64,000 nucleotides of DNA from Octopus bimaculoides. Its lineage: Eukaryota. The first letter of the stretch is position 1. Every line of letters begins with the position of its first letter. The stretch lies in assembly GCF_001194135.2 (NCBI RefSeq), contig NC_068990.1:81036684-81100683 (forward strand), given 5' to 3'. Positions 26,801-41,022 of this stretch are shown piece after piece. The notes under the pieces were generated by a model that saw only the letters and a program-made list of their open reading frames with translations, was not told the DNA's origin and made no database searches. The position numbers and the translations under genes are program-made.

Positions 26801-28959
26801 TNNNNNNNNNNNNNNNNNNNNNNNNNNNNNNNNNNNNNNNNNNNNNNNNNNNNNNNNNNNNNNNNNNNNNNNNNNNNNNNNNNNNNNNNNNNNNNNNNNN
26901 NNNNNNNNNNNNNNNNNNNNNNNNNNNNNNNNNNNNNNNNNNNNNNNNNNNNNNNNNNNNNNNNNNNNNNNNNNNNNNNACACGAACAAAGAGGCTGGGT
27001 ATTGGTTAAGCATTTAATTCTGAAACTTTTTTTTGTGTGTAGAGAGAAAGCCGTTTTATTAGCTACTCATACTGCATTGAATTCTGCACTGTTTTCACGT
27101 GCTAAATCAATTTCAAACTCTTCGACTACCTTACAACAGGCTCCTCACCATTTACACATACATGTTTAGCTCAAAAGTAAGTTGGGTCATCTGATACCAA
27201 TAAGGCTGCTGGTAAGTAGATTGTATTTTCAGTTATCCTCAAACCAATTACCTCTTTGCAAGATTGCAACTTAGCTAAACTCATCTAAATATACAAAATA
27301 AAATGAAATAAAAAGAGCACAGAAAATCTGCTGTGAGGAGTGTAAAATGTAACGTTTCGGAAAAGATCTTTCTTCAGGGAAAAAAGATAGAAGACAAATA
27401 TATTATAATAGAGTTTAATGGAAAGTTGTCCCTTCTACTCAAACATTTAGTTCATTAAAATTCATTGTAATCATTACACTCGCCTGTTTCCTGACCTTTT
27501 CCCTTCTCAATCTTGATTTTGGCTTTTCTCCTCATCTCATATCTCTTTCCTTCTTCCTTCTCACACTATTTCTCCTACAACTTCTTGTTAACGTATGAAC
27601 CTCACCTGATCCTGCATTCCTTATCAGTTGTAGCTAGTTCTATTTTTTATTAGAAGATATAAATTTCTCCTGTCTCGCTTTTGTTTCTCTCCTTTCAACT
27701 TTTGTGAATTCTTTATGTTTTTCTTGTAGTTGTCAATTTTCAATTGCTTACGAGGAACATTAAACGCGCTATAATTATTGGTAAACAGGAAAAGAACGTC
27801 ATATCCCAGTTGATCACAGAGTTCACATTACTCTTGATTACACGATTAAAGATTCTTTTAAAGAGATTAAACATCTTGCTGTTCATGCTTTTTCCTAGTG
27901 TCCTAAAGATATAGTAATGGCTCAAAATCAGAATAGGATCGACTTGCAAACCAGAATGTACAATGATACTAAATTAAAAAACAAACCGACTTGTGGTTTA
28001 TTTCCAAATTGTCACATTCCTAGACTACGTTGATCGGAAGTATTATAAATATTACTTATTTGTAACTAGGTTTAACATCTTATTTATTCCAAAGGAAAGG
28101 AGAAATGACGATTATTATAGCTTTTTCGCCTTCTTGCTTCCTGGGCTGATAATGATACAAGGCACAATGGCTTTTAATGAGAAGTGAAATCACATCACTG
28201 ATTTAGCAAACCGCGAACTTATCCTGTATCGCCAAGTTACACATCATATATAGCGGTGATAGAAACAGGAATGAAGAATCTCCATCCCTTTCTGGCGATC
28301 ATTAGTAGTTTACTTAATTGGGTCTGTTTGGCAGAATCGGTTTCTCTATCGAAGAAGCACAGAGCAGGACAGCTGCCAGGTAAGAGAAGAAAAGATCAGT
28401 AGTAATTTGTCTATTAATTTTGCCGACATTAATTTCCCCCAGTTTTGACTATTTTATAAATAAATGAACAATAAAATGAATAATGAGGTAGCTCATTAAC
28501 AACTCGTTGGGACTTCTACCGGAAATTCAGTGGTAAATCGCACGAATTTCATAAAGTAATGATAATCTTTCGGCAGCTTAGAGATTCGGTTCTCTGTTAT
28601 TAAGAAATATCATTTAGCTTAGCCTTCGAAGCAACGATCTCCAGCCGTAGTCAGTAGATAAAAGAAGATATTGTTAATTGATAAGTTTTAAGCTGGAAGC
28701 TTACATTCTAACACAATTAAGTTCACATTTTATCTTTCTGTGTCAAATAAATAAGTATCAGCGATTGTTGTCAGTTTAGTCTAGAGTTATCTTTTGATCC
28801 AGGAAGGAAACCTATGACAAAATACCTTCATACTGGGACCTTTCTGCCTTTACTTTTAAGGCACCAACAACAACAAAAACAGCAAAGGCACTTTGTTTAC
28901 CAACTCTCAAGATTATTGTTACATCTGTTACGGTGATACAGACTATCACTTCTATAATC

Positions 28960-29430
28960 ATCATAAACCACCACTTCCGTGGCCACAGCCATCGGGAGCA
29001 TCACCAACGTTATTATCATCGTCGTCGTCGTCATCATTATCACGATCATCAACGACACCATCATCATAGTCATTATCATCCTCATCAGCATCAGCATCAT
29101 CACCATCATGATCGTCGGCGTCGTTGTCGTCATCGTCATCATCATCATTATCATTATCGTCATCATCAATATCATCGTTATCATCATCCTCATCATCAGT
29201 AACACCATCATCATGGTCATCATCATCGTCATGATCATCATTATTATCATCATCATCATCATCATCATTGCTATCATCCTCATTGCCAGCATCATCTTCA
29301 TCATCAGCATCACCATCATCGTGGACATCATCATCATCATTATTATCATCACCCTCATCAACTTTGCTATCATCATCAGCTTCAGCATCAGCTTCATCAT
29401 CATCCTCATCATCATCATCATCATCATCGT
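28960..29430. repeat. Decayed (ATC/GAT)n trinucleotide array
   Basis: Imperfect CAT/CGT/CAG triplets over about 470 bp; produces poly-His, poly-Ile and poly-Met pseudo-ORFs. Confidence 0.93.
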
Positions 29431-31133
29431 CCCTACTTAGACATCTGAAGTCAACTCACTTCAATGTAAGAGATAGAGACAGGGGTTTGTATTGAAGTCA
29501 TATTTCTGCTTCTTATGCACAAAACCAGAAACGATGGCGGCCGACAAATTGTTACGTTGCCAATGACTTGAATTTTATTCTATAGCTTAGAGTTCAACCG
29601 GAATTAGCTGAAGTGGTCTTAAATAGGAGAAACTTTTTTGAAAAAAAGTTTCTTTTTCACCTTTCTTTTCTCTCTCTACTGCTCTTACTCCGCAAACGCA
29701 CACACGCTGATACATATTCATATATGTGTGTATGTGTGTGTGTGTGTGCATGTGTGTAAGTAAGNNNNNNNNNNNNNNNNNNNNNNNNNNNNNNNNNNNN
29801 NNNNNNNNNNNNNNNNNNNNNNNNNNNNNNNNNNNNNNNNNNNNNNNNNNNNNNNNNNNNNNNNNNNNNNNNNNNNNNNNNNNNNNNNNNNNNNNNNNNN
29901 NNNNNNNNNNNNNNNNNNNNNNNNNNNNNNNNNNNNNNNNNNNNNNNNNNNNNNNNNNNNNNNNNNNNNNNNNNNNNNNNNNNNNNNNNNNNNNNNNNNN
30001 NNNNNNNNNNNNNNNNNNNNNNNNNNNNNNNNNNNNNNNNNNNNNNNNNNNNNNNNNNNNNNNNNNNNNNNNNNNNNNNNNNNNNNNNNNNNNNNNNNNN
30101 NNNNNNNNNNNNNNNNNNNNNNNNNNNNNNNNNNNNNNNNNNNNNNNNNNNNNNNNNNNNNNNNTATATATATATATATATATATATATATTTCCATTTA
30201 CATTCTCTAACGATGTCTGGTTCGTAAAATCTAAACTTTATATCATTAGAAATAACTAAATGCGTGTCTTTATGTGTGTGTGTGCGTACGAGTGAGTATA
30301 TCTGCGTACATATATATACATATATATATATTTCTCTTACGGTCTCGTTATATATGTGTGATTGTGCATACGCATGCATGTGTCTATATGTATGTATACG
30401 TACTTATCTACTTAACTATCTATTAGTGTCCCTTCCACATATACGTTGTTATTCGCACGCAAACTCACACTCACACATTCACAGGCATTCACAACAGCAC
30501 CCCTCCCCCCACACACACACACGATCGCTGTATTTCTTTCTTCCCCATTTCCTCTACCTCTATCACTCTTCATTTATCGGAGCTAGACATTTTTTTTGCA
30601 GCATAAGAAGCGGGGAAGCAATGGCGTCCATCATTAGAAAGTTAAGCAGTCGCAGTTCTAAAGACATGTTGAAATGATCTAATGAACTTCTCCATATATT
30701 TCAGACAAGTAAAATCATAAAATCTGGCCAATCTTGTTCCACTTGAGGGTTTCTTCTTACGATAAAAATAAATATGTTACTGTTTATAATGTTTTTATAA
30801 TTGTATGATCATGATGAGATTTTTTTTTTTGTGTTTTTACGTTTAAACTTGCTGTTTAGTATGTATTAGTATTTCTGATATATTTTGATATTTTGCCAGT
30901 TTTCTTTCAATTTCCTTCGTTTGTTTGTTTGCTGTGTTTTACATAAAGTATCTAAGATGCCTAATAGTTTTAAATAATAGCTTAAGTCAAATAAGTGATG
31001 TGTAGTGGGGACTCAATGTTAGAAACTCAAATGTATGCATAGACATAGACGTACACACTACTACACATACGCTGTCTCTATACCCCACACAACACACACA
31101 CACACACATACACACACGCACACACACGCACAC

Positions 31134-31257
<124 letters not shown>

Positions 31258-31544
31258 ATATGATATCGTCTATGTGCCTATATATTTAATTTATATATAC
31301 ATACATAAATATATATATATATATTTATTTATTAATATTGGTCTCGTGTAGCTTCCGGACAGTTTTAAATGAGCGGATACAAGATACACATATTCTGTAA
31401 GTCTGCTGAACGACGAGATGGAGCTCTCAGAAATATCATTTTATCTGTATCTTGCTTGTGTCTATATGGGAAGGATACCACTCGCCCCAGCAGAAAATCC
31501 TATGGCAATGCTGTGCGCCAGTCTCAACTACCAGGGTTGGGAGT

Positions 31545-31870
31545 TAGCTGAATCGTTAGAGCGTTGGACAACACATTTTGCTGTATTCAGTTACCTTCTT
31601 TGTTCGTATCCCACCAATGTGAATTTTATCCCTCCTTTTTTCTGAGTTTGATAAAATAAAGTACCGGCCAACCAAAGAGATCAATAAAAAGCGCAGTTTA
31701 TTATCGACCAGATATTTCTCTAAGATTTATATCCAGTGGCAGAATCGTTAGAGTCGACCAAAATACTTTGGCAGTATGTATTCCTCCTTTTTGCATTTTG
31801 CTTTCGAACTTCCTTAACTTTGCATTTAGTCCGGTCGAGATTGGTAACATAGATTCCAGTCACGTTCCTA
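31545..31870 (+). mobile_element. Two highly degenerate SINE family A-like heads
   Basis: TAGCTGAATCGTTAGAGC... and GTGGCAGAATCGTTAGAG... followed by GATAAAATAAAGTACC-like cores. Confidence 0.45.
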
Positions 31871-32209
31871 CGTCAGTTTAATCAACTGTGCTCTTCCTCA
31901 AATTTCTGATCTTGCACTGATTTTATAGATTATTTCCATTTCTAGTTTACGGCAACAGCAGAATGGAACCAGTGAGAACGTGATAACTGCTGTTATTTTG
32001 CAATTTCGATTAGTAGCATGCAAGTCATAATAGTATTGAGCTTGGAGGGCGATTGAACTTTTACGTATTCATACGATCTGCTAGTGTNNNNNNNNNNCGT
32101 GATAACTGCTGTTATTTTGCAATTTCGATTAGTAGCATGCAAGTCATAATAGTATTGAGCTTGGAGGGGGATTGAACTTTTACGTATTCATACGATCTGC
32201 TAGTGTAAA

Positions 32210-32590
32210 GGCGAAATGGCCCAGTGGTTAAGGCAGCGGACTTGCGGTCATAGGATCGCGGTTTCGATTCCCAGAACGGGTGCTGTGAGTGTTTATTGAG
32301 CGAAAACACCTAAAGCTCCACGAGGCTCCGGCAGGGGATGGTGGCGAACCCTGCTGTACTTTTTCACCACAACTTTCTCTCACTCTTTCTGCCTGTTTCT
32401 GTTGTGCCTGTAATTCAAAGGGTCAGCCTTGTCACACTCTGTGTCACGCTGAAGAATATCCCCGAGAACTACGTTAAGGGTACACGCGTCTGTGGAGTGC
32501 TCAGCCACTTGGACGTTAATTTCACGAGCAGGTTTTTCCATTGATCGGATCAGCTGGAACCCTCGACGTCGTAAGCGACGGAGTGCCAAC
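32210..32590 (+). mobile_element. tRNA-derived SINE family B, full-length
   Basis: Head GGCGAAATGGCCCAGTGGTTAAGGCAGCGGAC...GGTTTCGATTCCC contains A and B boxes; closely matches the reverse complement of 42285-42637. Confidence 0.9.
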
Positions 32591-33339
32591 AGCGATCTGC
32601 TAGAAATACCAGCCTAATCTGTAAATGTTACCGAATCATTTAACAGATACATGAATTAACATATAAGAAGTTGTTGTCAATGATTTAATGCTAAAGTAGT
32701 TCTCTAATTATGATAATTGATACTAACAGAGATGTTAAGTTTGGTTGAAGAGTTGTCATCTTCAAAGTTATTAATGACTTGAAATTGCAGCTGAGTATGC
32801 CATTAAGTCTTCAACAATGGTTATTTATGTCACATTATGTCGTGAGTTCAAAACCCACAGTTACCGAATTTATTATCCATCATCATCGGTGTCAATAAAA
32901 TAAGTACCTAGAATACACTGGAGTCAATTCTTTTGAGCAATCTCTCACTCAGATGCTTGTAACATTATACCAATTTCAGTAATCACAACAAATCGACCAA
33001 ATAAACTACGTTTGGTACTTTGTTCTTTTTTAATGATAATCTCAACCATTATTGAGTACGCACACATATGTTTCAGGCCATCCCAGTCACTAAGAACCCG
33101 TTTGTATATGGAAATACCTTCTTTATAGCTTTTCTTTAATGAAACTTGAGGAGTAGTATTAAGGCAGAATTTCACTGCCATTTTTAGCAAATGGAATTGT
33201 GTAAATGTTTGATAGCTCGTTTGTTCTCTCTGTTTCATGTCATTCTTATCGATTTCAAAAATGGATAGGAAAATGTCCCAAGGACATTACACTGTCATTA
33301 AGTTATCATCAAGTTGGGTTATCTTTACATAGTGTATTG

Positions 33340-33530
33340 GGGGTAATTCAAACAAGATAAGGGAGTTAATCGATTTCGTAAACCTCAGGAGTCATTTTAG
33401 CGACTTTGAAAGGGTAAAAAGAAATGTCGACCTCAGCAAAAGTTGAACTGGGAACATCAAGCCAGAAGATATACTGCTAAGAACATTATCCCGTGCGCTA
33501 ACGATTCTGCCAGCACACCGCCTTCTTGAT
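33340..33530 (-). mobile_element. Degenerate SINE family A
   Basis: GTCGACCTCAGCAAAAGTTGAACT...GTGCGCTAACGATTCTGCCAGC matches the minus-strand copies. Confidence 0.7.
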
Positions 33531-34000
33531 TATTTTAATTCTTTCTATTTTAGGCACAAAGTTTGAAACTTTGCCGCAGAAGGTTGGTCGATTTCGTGAA
33601 CCCCAATGTTCATTTTGACTCGCTACATAATAACAATNNNNNNNNNNNNNNNNNNNNNNNNNNNNNNNNNNNNNNNNNNNNNNNNNNNNNNNNNNNNNNN
33701 NNNNNNNNNNNNNNNNNNNNNNNNNNNNNNNNNNNNNNNNNNNNNNNNNNNNNNNNNNNNNNNNNNNNNNNNNNNNNNNNNNNNNNNNNNNNNNNNNNNN
33801 NNNNNNNNNNNNNNNNNNNNNNNNNNNNNNNNNNNNNNNNNNNNNNNNNNNNNNNNNNNNNNNNNNNNNNNNNNNNNNNNNNNNNNNNNNNNNNNNNNNN
33901 NNNNNNNNNNNNNNNNNNNNNNNNNNNNNNNNNNNNNNNNNNNNNNNNNNNNNNNNNNNNNNNNNNNNNNNNNNNNNNNNNNNNNNNNNNNNNNNNNNNA

Positions 34001-34186
34001 GCGAAATAACTGAACGACTTACCAGTATTATCCGTTTTCTTCTAGCTGTTTATAAATAAATCACACCCTAACCCTAATGCTAACCCTAACCCTAACCCTA
34101 ACCCTAACGTCAATCAAATCACGTGTGTGATTTATTTATAAACAGAGATGTACGGAGAATACTGGTAAGACGTTCAGTTACTTCCC
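34001..34186. mobile_element. Foldback/MITE-like element with central telomeric (CCCTAA)n
   Basis: Arm 34001-34066 (G.GAAATAACTGAACGACTTACCAGTATTATCCGT...CTGTTTATAAATAAATCACAC) is the near-perfect reverse complement of arm 34125-34186. The spacer carries 7 hexamers at 34066-34107: six CCCTAA and one TGCTAA. Confidence 0.85.
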
Positions 34187-34912
34187 TTGAATATTTTTAT
34201 TTATTTTTTTTATCCCCCTAAACTTGAAGATTACCCCAAACGTTTTCTCTGAATTATTTATTTTCCATATAATTATGTTTCCGTACCAACTTTCAGTTTT
34301 CATCATGGACTTAGTGACATGTTCGTTATAACTTCAACCAGTATACGGGCGGGCGAGATATGTTTCTCTGATTAGTTTAGAAAAAGATCGAACCTTGAGT
34401 GGAGTTCAGCTATTTTTTATTGGAAAATTAAAATTATATTAGACATTAATAAATTTTGTTTTTCATTCAGTGTATATTTTTTTGTAGTTTTCAATGAGGA
34501 CATCCATTAAATATGTTCACAGTAAATTCCCAAATAATTCTCTTGATATTTTGGTCTGAATAAAAAGCAAAAGTTTTCATTCACCTATCTGATAAAACGT
34601 CTCTGATGCCAGAGTCAGATACAATTCTTCAACTCGTATATACATCAGGTGAAGTATTTATTTACATAGATTTGTCAGTTTGTGACTCTTTAAATATCCA
34701 TCATTTTTGCGTATGTATATGATCTAATATCGAGATCAGATTTGTTACTTTTTTTTACAAAGTTTAAAGTCGCCATGTTAGAATACAGAGTAGCATTCGC
34801 TTTTCGCTAATGGATAACCATGATTTAATAGTAAACGTATGTTTCAGTCTATTAAGTTTAATTTATGCTGAACTGTATTCTTCCGTCTAGAGACTTCAAC
34901 CATCACATGTTC

Positions 34913-34914
<2 letters not shown>

Positions 34915-35002
<88 letters not shown>

Positions 35003-35170
35003 ATTTCTCCACCTCTAATTCTCTCTCTCTCTCTTTCTTTCACCTCTTCTAACTCTCTCTCTCCTCTCTTTCCCACTCGCTCTCACACATGCATACGTAC
35101 ATACATACATACATACATACATACATACGTACGTACATACATACATGCATACATACATACATACATACGG
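34915..35170. repeat. (CT)n and (TACA)n microsatellites
   Basis: Directly visible. Confidence 0.95.
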
Positions 35171-38100
35171 AATTTTTGGGGGGGTTGAGAGTACTGCAAG
35201 AACTAGTCAAATGCTTACAGTTTCGTACTAAAGCATTTACTAAAGTTTGGTAAGTTCTTTGGCACGAATCCCTAGCCGATTGGATCAGTTTCCAGCAATA
35301 CTGTAGCAGTCTTCGCTAAGAAAAAATTACATACACTCTCCTTTGTGTAGATGTCACTTTCTCTAGTTTACAAAATCAAATGTATGTGTTTGTTCGTATG
35401 GGTGGGTTTGCAAGCACTTTACTTTGGCTGTGAACGCGAATGTGACATGTTTGTGTGGCCGTATGAGAGTCCATGCATATCATTTCAGGAATTTTTCTAG
35501 TAATTATTTACATTATTATAAAACTAAGAAACGAAATTGGTGAATTTTATATTAGTGAATAAATGACTTCTTATAATCATCCATCGACTGCGTATTTGCC
35601 TTACACTACAATTTTTAATCCAAAAAGTATATACTCTAATTATAATATACCTACTAAGGGAAGTTTGCTGGAAATTTATATAGGAGATTCGAATGATATT
35701 TATCTCGACTACAACTCACAAAACATGTTAAAAATCTCTCTTCGAAAATATATAACATTAAAAATACAGAAAAACAGTTCAAGCAAATATTTGTATCTTA
35801 CAAGTAAAAGAACATGCTAAATGTTTAAAATTTTTGATAAGCATTAACGCTTTCTTGCAGAGATTTTTTACTAACGCTATCAGAACATATGCATGCGTCA
35901 GAATATATATATATATATATACATATATATNNNNNNNNNNATATGTGCGTGTGTGTGTGTGCGCGTGCGCGTAGTATTAAAAGTGTGTATGTAATGTGCT
36001 TATGTGCGGATGTGTATTTGTTTATATATTTTCGCATAAATCTGGTATTTTTCTGCATCTGTTTCTCTCCTCTCTATAAACAGTATATTTTTAGTTTGTT
36101 TAAACACTTTTGGGTTAAAAAACATTATTGCAAAGGGGTTATTATGCAAAGAAGAGATCTTATAATTCAGTATGTGTTTCAGCATGTTACTACTTAAATG
36201 GTAAACCAAACTGCCTCTAATTCAAAATATTCCGTGTTCAATACCATTGCAATCAATTTCGTAATAAACTGGATTGATATCATGTTTGTTATTTTGCTTC
36301 TATATAACACATTCCCTCGCGGGATCATTGGATTCATAGTGCTGCAAGAAGTGTCAGAACGTAGGAATGAATGTCTTACACTATTTTTCCCAGATCTTTG
36401 CTTTCTGAGTTCAAATCCCGCATGACCTGTTGTATAGTAGACTTCATTTGATGCCCTAGTTTAATAATACCATCACTTGGAAACTTGGGTGTCTTAAATG
36501 GAGTCCACTCTACCACCAGCACCATCACCACCACCACCACTACCACCAATAACGTTACTAAAAAGACTACAAAAACGCTTCTTTGAATTATACGGTATAT
36601 ATTAACCGCCATATTTTGATATAATACATTTGATATCAAATCGAGATTATAGTTTCTAAAGCCAAGATCAGTTCAACATGAATTCGATCAGCTTTTCACT
36701 TCCATCACTCAATGGCTATAAATATATGCACCAACAATATAGTGGTTGTAATTCAATTGTTAGCCGCCCTTCCTTCTCTCCTTATAGAATCTTATCAAAT
36801 GACTGGTCGATAGAAGCTGTTATGTATTATAGATGTATGTGTCGTTGCAGGGTGATATAGTAGGACAGCAATGTGGTGGATAATTAAGTAAGTACATCGC
36901 AAAGTTTTGAGTCATTTCACTTTCTGAATTAATATATTATAGACATAGAAAATAAAAACTGCAGAAGCTTTTCGTCATTTTTCTCTCTTAATCTTCAATT
37001 CCTCACACATGGAAGGTAAATTGTCATTCTCGTTAGGCCTCATTTCGGATATGACTCCGTCACATCTTTAGACAATACTTTTATTCCTACCTCTCTTAAA
37101 AGTATGTTTCATGCCTAATTAGGAAATCATTATGATGAGCGAATTAGCGAGAAATATAGTGGTACAGGGACTGACATTATATCTTAGCCGTTCGCTTCTA
37201 ATTATATGAACCTGTTACCGGAAGCTTTATGCCTAATTAACAAATCTTCCTTCTCGTTATCAAGGAATTTCACAACTCCACGAGCAAAACGATGAGATCA
37301 CTGTCGTGCTCTTTGACGTCATGGGAATTCTTGAATGGATATGTTCTGAATACTATTCTTGTTAAGATCAACAGCCACAACACGACAAAACTGATCTTGA
37401 CTAATCTTAAAGATATACGACAGAAAGACGGACGGTCGGAAGATTTTTCAGTGTTAATCCAAACAAATAGAGTTGCTTCTTTAGCTGAAGAATTTTGTTT
37501 GATATCATACTGCTTAGTCAGCACTAACATGCCTGAATGGATAGGAAAGCAAACTCAGAACAGCGTTAAGACTTTAATTGTATTCCGATGAGCAATCAAT
37601 AGGAAATAACGTGGAAACGTTTATGATGTGTACGGTCATATTAAATATTTTTGTCTGAACACTAAAGAAAGAGCACGACTTTATTGATTTGCGTGTCTTA
37701 ATTTAATTCCATGTCGACCGTATTTTAAGTATTAATATTCGATTAACTCTCATGTCAACGATTTTGTAGTTGGTAATTTGATAAAATTTTCGCCTAGAGA
37801 ATTGCTACTTATGAATTCATCCAATGAACATTGCGTTTCGACCATCTGGTAAATTTCTTATCTAGCCCGAATAGAGTTAGTTTATGGAGCTCGCATTAAT
37901 TTATAATTATATCTTTAGTCATTGTTATGGAACAACTAGATTCCTACGCAGAAAACTATTCAAATGATTCGTCAATAGAAATCGGAGAAGGAGATAAAAT
38001 ATATCCATTTCCTATTACTCACAAGACATAATATATAACTTAATACAATAGATTTAAAAAGTGGTCATTGTAAACAGACGTTTAGCACTTCCAAACTAAG

Positions 38101-39467
38101 TTTTTCTCCCAATTATTCCATATGCGTCCTCCTTGAACTGTACTTGTTTCATAGCATTATGTGCTCCAGACGCATTATCAGTTAAATCTTAACTGCTTCC
38201 TTAATTTTCTTTAGTGTTTGGACATTAGAGTAAAATAAAGAAAAGGGAACTGAAATCGAGTTGCATACTTATAGCAAATAAGTTATACATCAACATTCAT
38301 CCTGCAATGACGAATAGCAAAGTTAACTCTGCTGCGATTTGAACTTATGGTGTAAGTAAACGCTCGAAGGGAGTAAAATTAACAGCCATACACGGCAGAA
38401 TCTGGAGAGTGTGTGTGGTAAATAAATTCGTACTTGATGCTCTAAGTTCAAATCACACTGAAGTGTGACCCTTGATATCAATAAAATAAAATAAAAGAAA
38501 CCAATATACTGGATATACTTTTCTAGTCTCCCCACTATCACAAGATTTGTTGCCGTTTTGCCAATGTCAGAAATCATCTAACACAACCCATAACACCGGG
38601 GGAGTTTGCAGTTACGTTTAAACAATTTCGACAAGGGAAACCAATGCGCTACATCCAACGCTGGATATATCTTTTCTGCCTCAATAAGACGCAAAATTGC
38701 ATCCATTCGCTGACCGATTACAGTCTTCCAGTACCAAATGACTAAATACGTTACCACACGTGAAATGAATTTATCTGGATTTTCTAAGGTATTTTTTTAT
38801 TGTTACATTCCAAATACTTAATTATGAGCTGGGCAAGGACGTGAATGGTAAATCGTTAGACCGTTGAATAAAACGTCAAGCAAGCTTTGTTCCATCTTTT
38901 AAAGTGCTAAGATCAAATCCGGCCGATGTTTATTCCATATCTCATCCTTCTAGAGACGATTAAGTGCATGTAAAGTACGAGGGTCGATAGCATCCGCTAA
39001 CACCGTTCTCTCAAAATTGCTGGTCTGGTGCCTAAATAAGGAACAACTATTATGGCTGGCCAAGAGAGAGAGAGAGCAGTTACCATGATCTCTATTGGTC
39101 TCCGATACTAAAGTGTGCATGAACAAGAGGACACATAACTCATAAGTTACTGCAGTAGGCAGTTATCCTCAAAACAAAGAATTAGTTTGAAATATTTACA
39201 ATAGAGTGAACTCTGTTTCCGACACCCGAAGGTCGGATGATGGTGACGGTGGATGTAAGGTTGTAGTTGTTGATGTATGAGATCTACAATTCAAAAGCCG
39301 GAGTGACCATTCCACCAAGCTTCACTATAGCTTTCTTCAGTCTACTTTTAGTCACAAAATTTGAGTCAACTCAGAGCCATGACACAATCTACTTGCCCAA
39401 TGAAACGAGTAATGCGACCAAACCAAAATGAAGATGATTATAAAGCGAAATTCCTGAAAAAAAAAGA

Positions 39468-39499
<32 letters not shown>

Positions 39500-39509
39500 G
39501 ATTCTTATG

Positions 39510-39660
39510 TATGTTATTTCTTTACTACCCACAAGGGGCTACACAAAGAGGGGACAAACAAGGACAGACAAACGGATTAAGTCGATTACATCGACCCCAG
39601 TGCGTAACTGGTACTTATTTAATGGACCCCGAAAGGATGAAAGGCAAAGTCGACCTCCAA
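39510..39660 (-). mobile_element. SINE family A, tail variant 2 (5'-truncated)
   Basis: TTATTTCTTTACTACCCACAAGGGGCT...GGACAGACAAACGGATTAAGTCGATTACATCGACCCCAG...GGATGAAAGGCAAAGTCGACCTC; same tail as 48211-48437 and 63812-64000. Confidence 0.9.
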
Positions 39661-39667
39661 GATTCTT

Positions 39668-39688
39668 ATGTATGTATATATATGTATG

Positions 39689-39724
<36 letters not shown>

Positions 39725-39857
39725 TATGTATATATATGTATGTATATATGTTTATATATATGTATGTATATATATATATATGTATCTGTGTGTGTATGTA
39801 TATATATATATATGTATGTATGTATATATATGTACACATATATATGTATATATATAA

Positions 39858-39890
<33 letters not shown>

Positions 39891-40245
39891 TATATAAATA
39901 TATATGTATATATATGTATATATATGTTTATATATATCTATATGTATATATATATATATATACTTATATAGAATATGTTTATATATATATATATATATGT
40001 TTGTATATCTGTGCATATATATATGTATATTTATGTATGTATATCTATGTATATATATATGTATATATTTGTATGTATATACATATATGTATGTATATAT
40101 ATATATACGCAAACACATACCCGCACTCACACAAATACATATACATGTATGCAGGTGCATATGCATGCAGTTACACGCGTCTGTGTTTGTGTGTGTATGT
40201 GTGTGTGTGTGTGTGTGTGTGTATGTGAGTGTGTGTGTGTAGATA
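39668..40245. repeat. Long compound (TA)/(TATG)/(TG) microsatellite
   Basis: Directly visible. Confidence 0.96.
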
Positions 40246-40980
40246 TGTAGGTGTGCATATATAATCTATATGAATGAATGTATAACATTGTTTGTGTTAC
40301 TATATGTGGATACGTGCGCGTGTGTTTGTAACGAGCTGCTTACAAAGATAAAAATACTATTAAATAATATCCAATTTAAATATCATTTATACAATATTAC
40401 CATGTGTAAATAATATGTCGATGAAATAATATTATATGTAAATTATATCCTACATAAATAGAAATATATAAATTCATTGATGTTACTGTGCATTCAATAA
40501 AAGTATTATACTAATACGAAATCTCCAGGGAAAGTCAAGCAAGTGAAAATACTGTTCAAACGAATACTATTAAGCTACAGAAATATCGTTTAAATCTCCC
40601 AATAGAAGTTCCATTACGCAGCATTGGACATTTTCAAATAAAGTGGCACCAGCTTGAATAATCTACTAACCATCTTAGAGATGAGTCCAAGCTGTTCGGC
40701 GGAGAAAAATGAAACGTTTAATGTTGTTTTACAGCATCTATTACAGGAGTTTTATTTCTAATAATATTTTATTTCTTATTAATGAAGGCTGAAGCAAATG
40801 TTTTGCAGTCGATTCCATTGAGAATGACAATATAGAGAGAGACAGTGAACATGCTACATATTAAGTTTAGCAAGAAGGGGACACTCATGTTTCAAGTATT
40901 CTAACTAATATACATATATGCGTATATTATCATAAACGGCAGACATTTACAGAAGTATCTGAAGGGTAATTATCAATCCT

Positions 40981-41022
<42 letters not shown>

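Noticed and set aside
27345-27380. Minus-strand CTGAAGA...CCGAAACGTTA resembling a Penelope-type minimal hammerhead ribozyme core
   Set aside because: Stem II lacks a proper closing pair and no stem I complement flanks it; at best a decayed Penelope-like end.
28335-28386. Possible 45-nt exon ending CCAG|GTAAGA
   Set aside because: Good donor but weak acceptor, no recognisable peptide and no partner exons; needs RNA-seq.
28960-29440. His-rich, Met-rich, Ile-rich or Asp-rich ORF (biomineralisation- or reflectin-like?)
   Set aside because: It is a decayed (ATC)n array. The Asp-rich minus frame has no start codon and stays open simply because mutated GAT rarely gives stops. No reflectin motif is present.
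32210-32280. tRNA gene call for SINE heads (also 42570-42637)
   Set aside because: A and B boxes are present, but the acceptor stem is not closed and the sequence continues into a 300-bp repeated body, so these are SINEs.
34066-34107. Chromosome end or true telomere
   Set aside because: Only 7 hexamers, internal to an inverted repeat, with ordinary sequence continuing on both sides.
37292-37591. 99-aa non-repetitive ORF; likewise 35563-35820 and the 46.2-47.0 kb protein-like frames
   Set aside because: No recognisable motif or splice context; lengths are compatible with chance.
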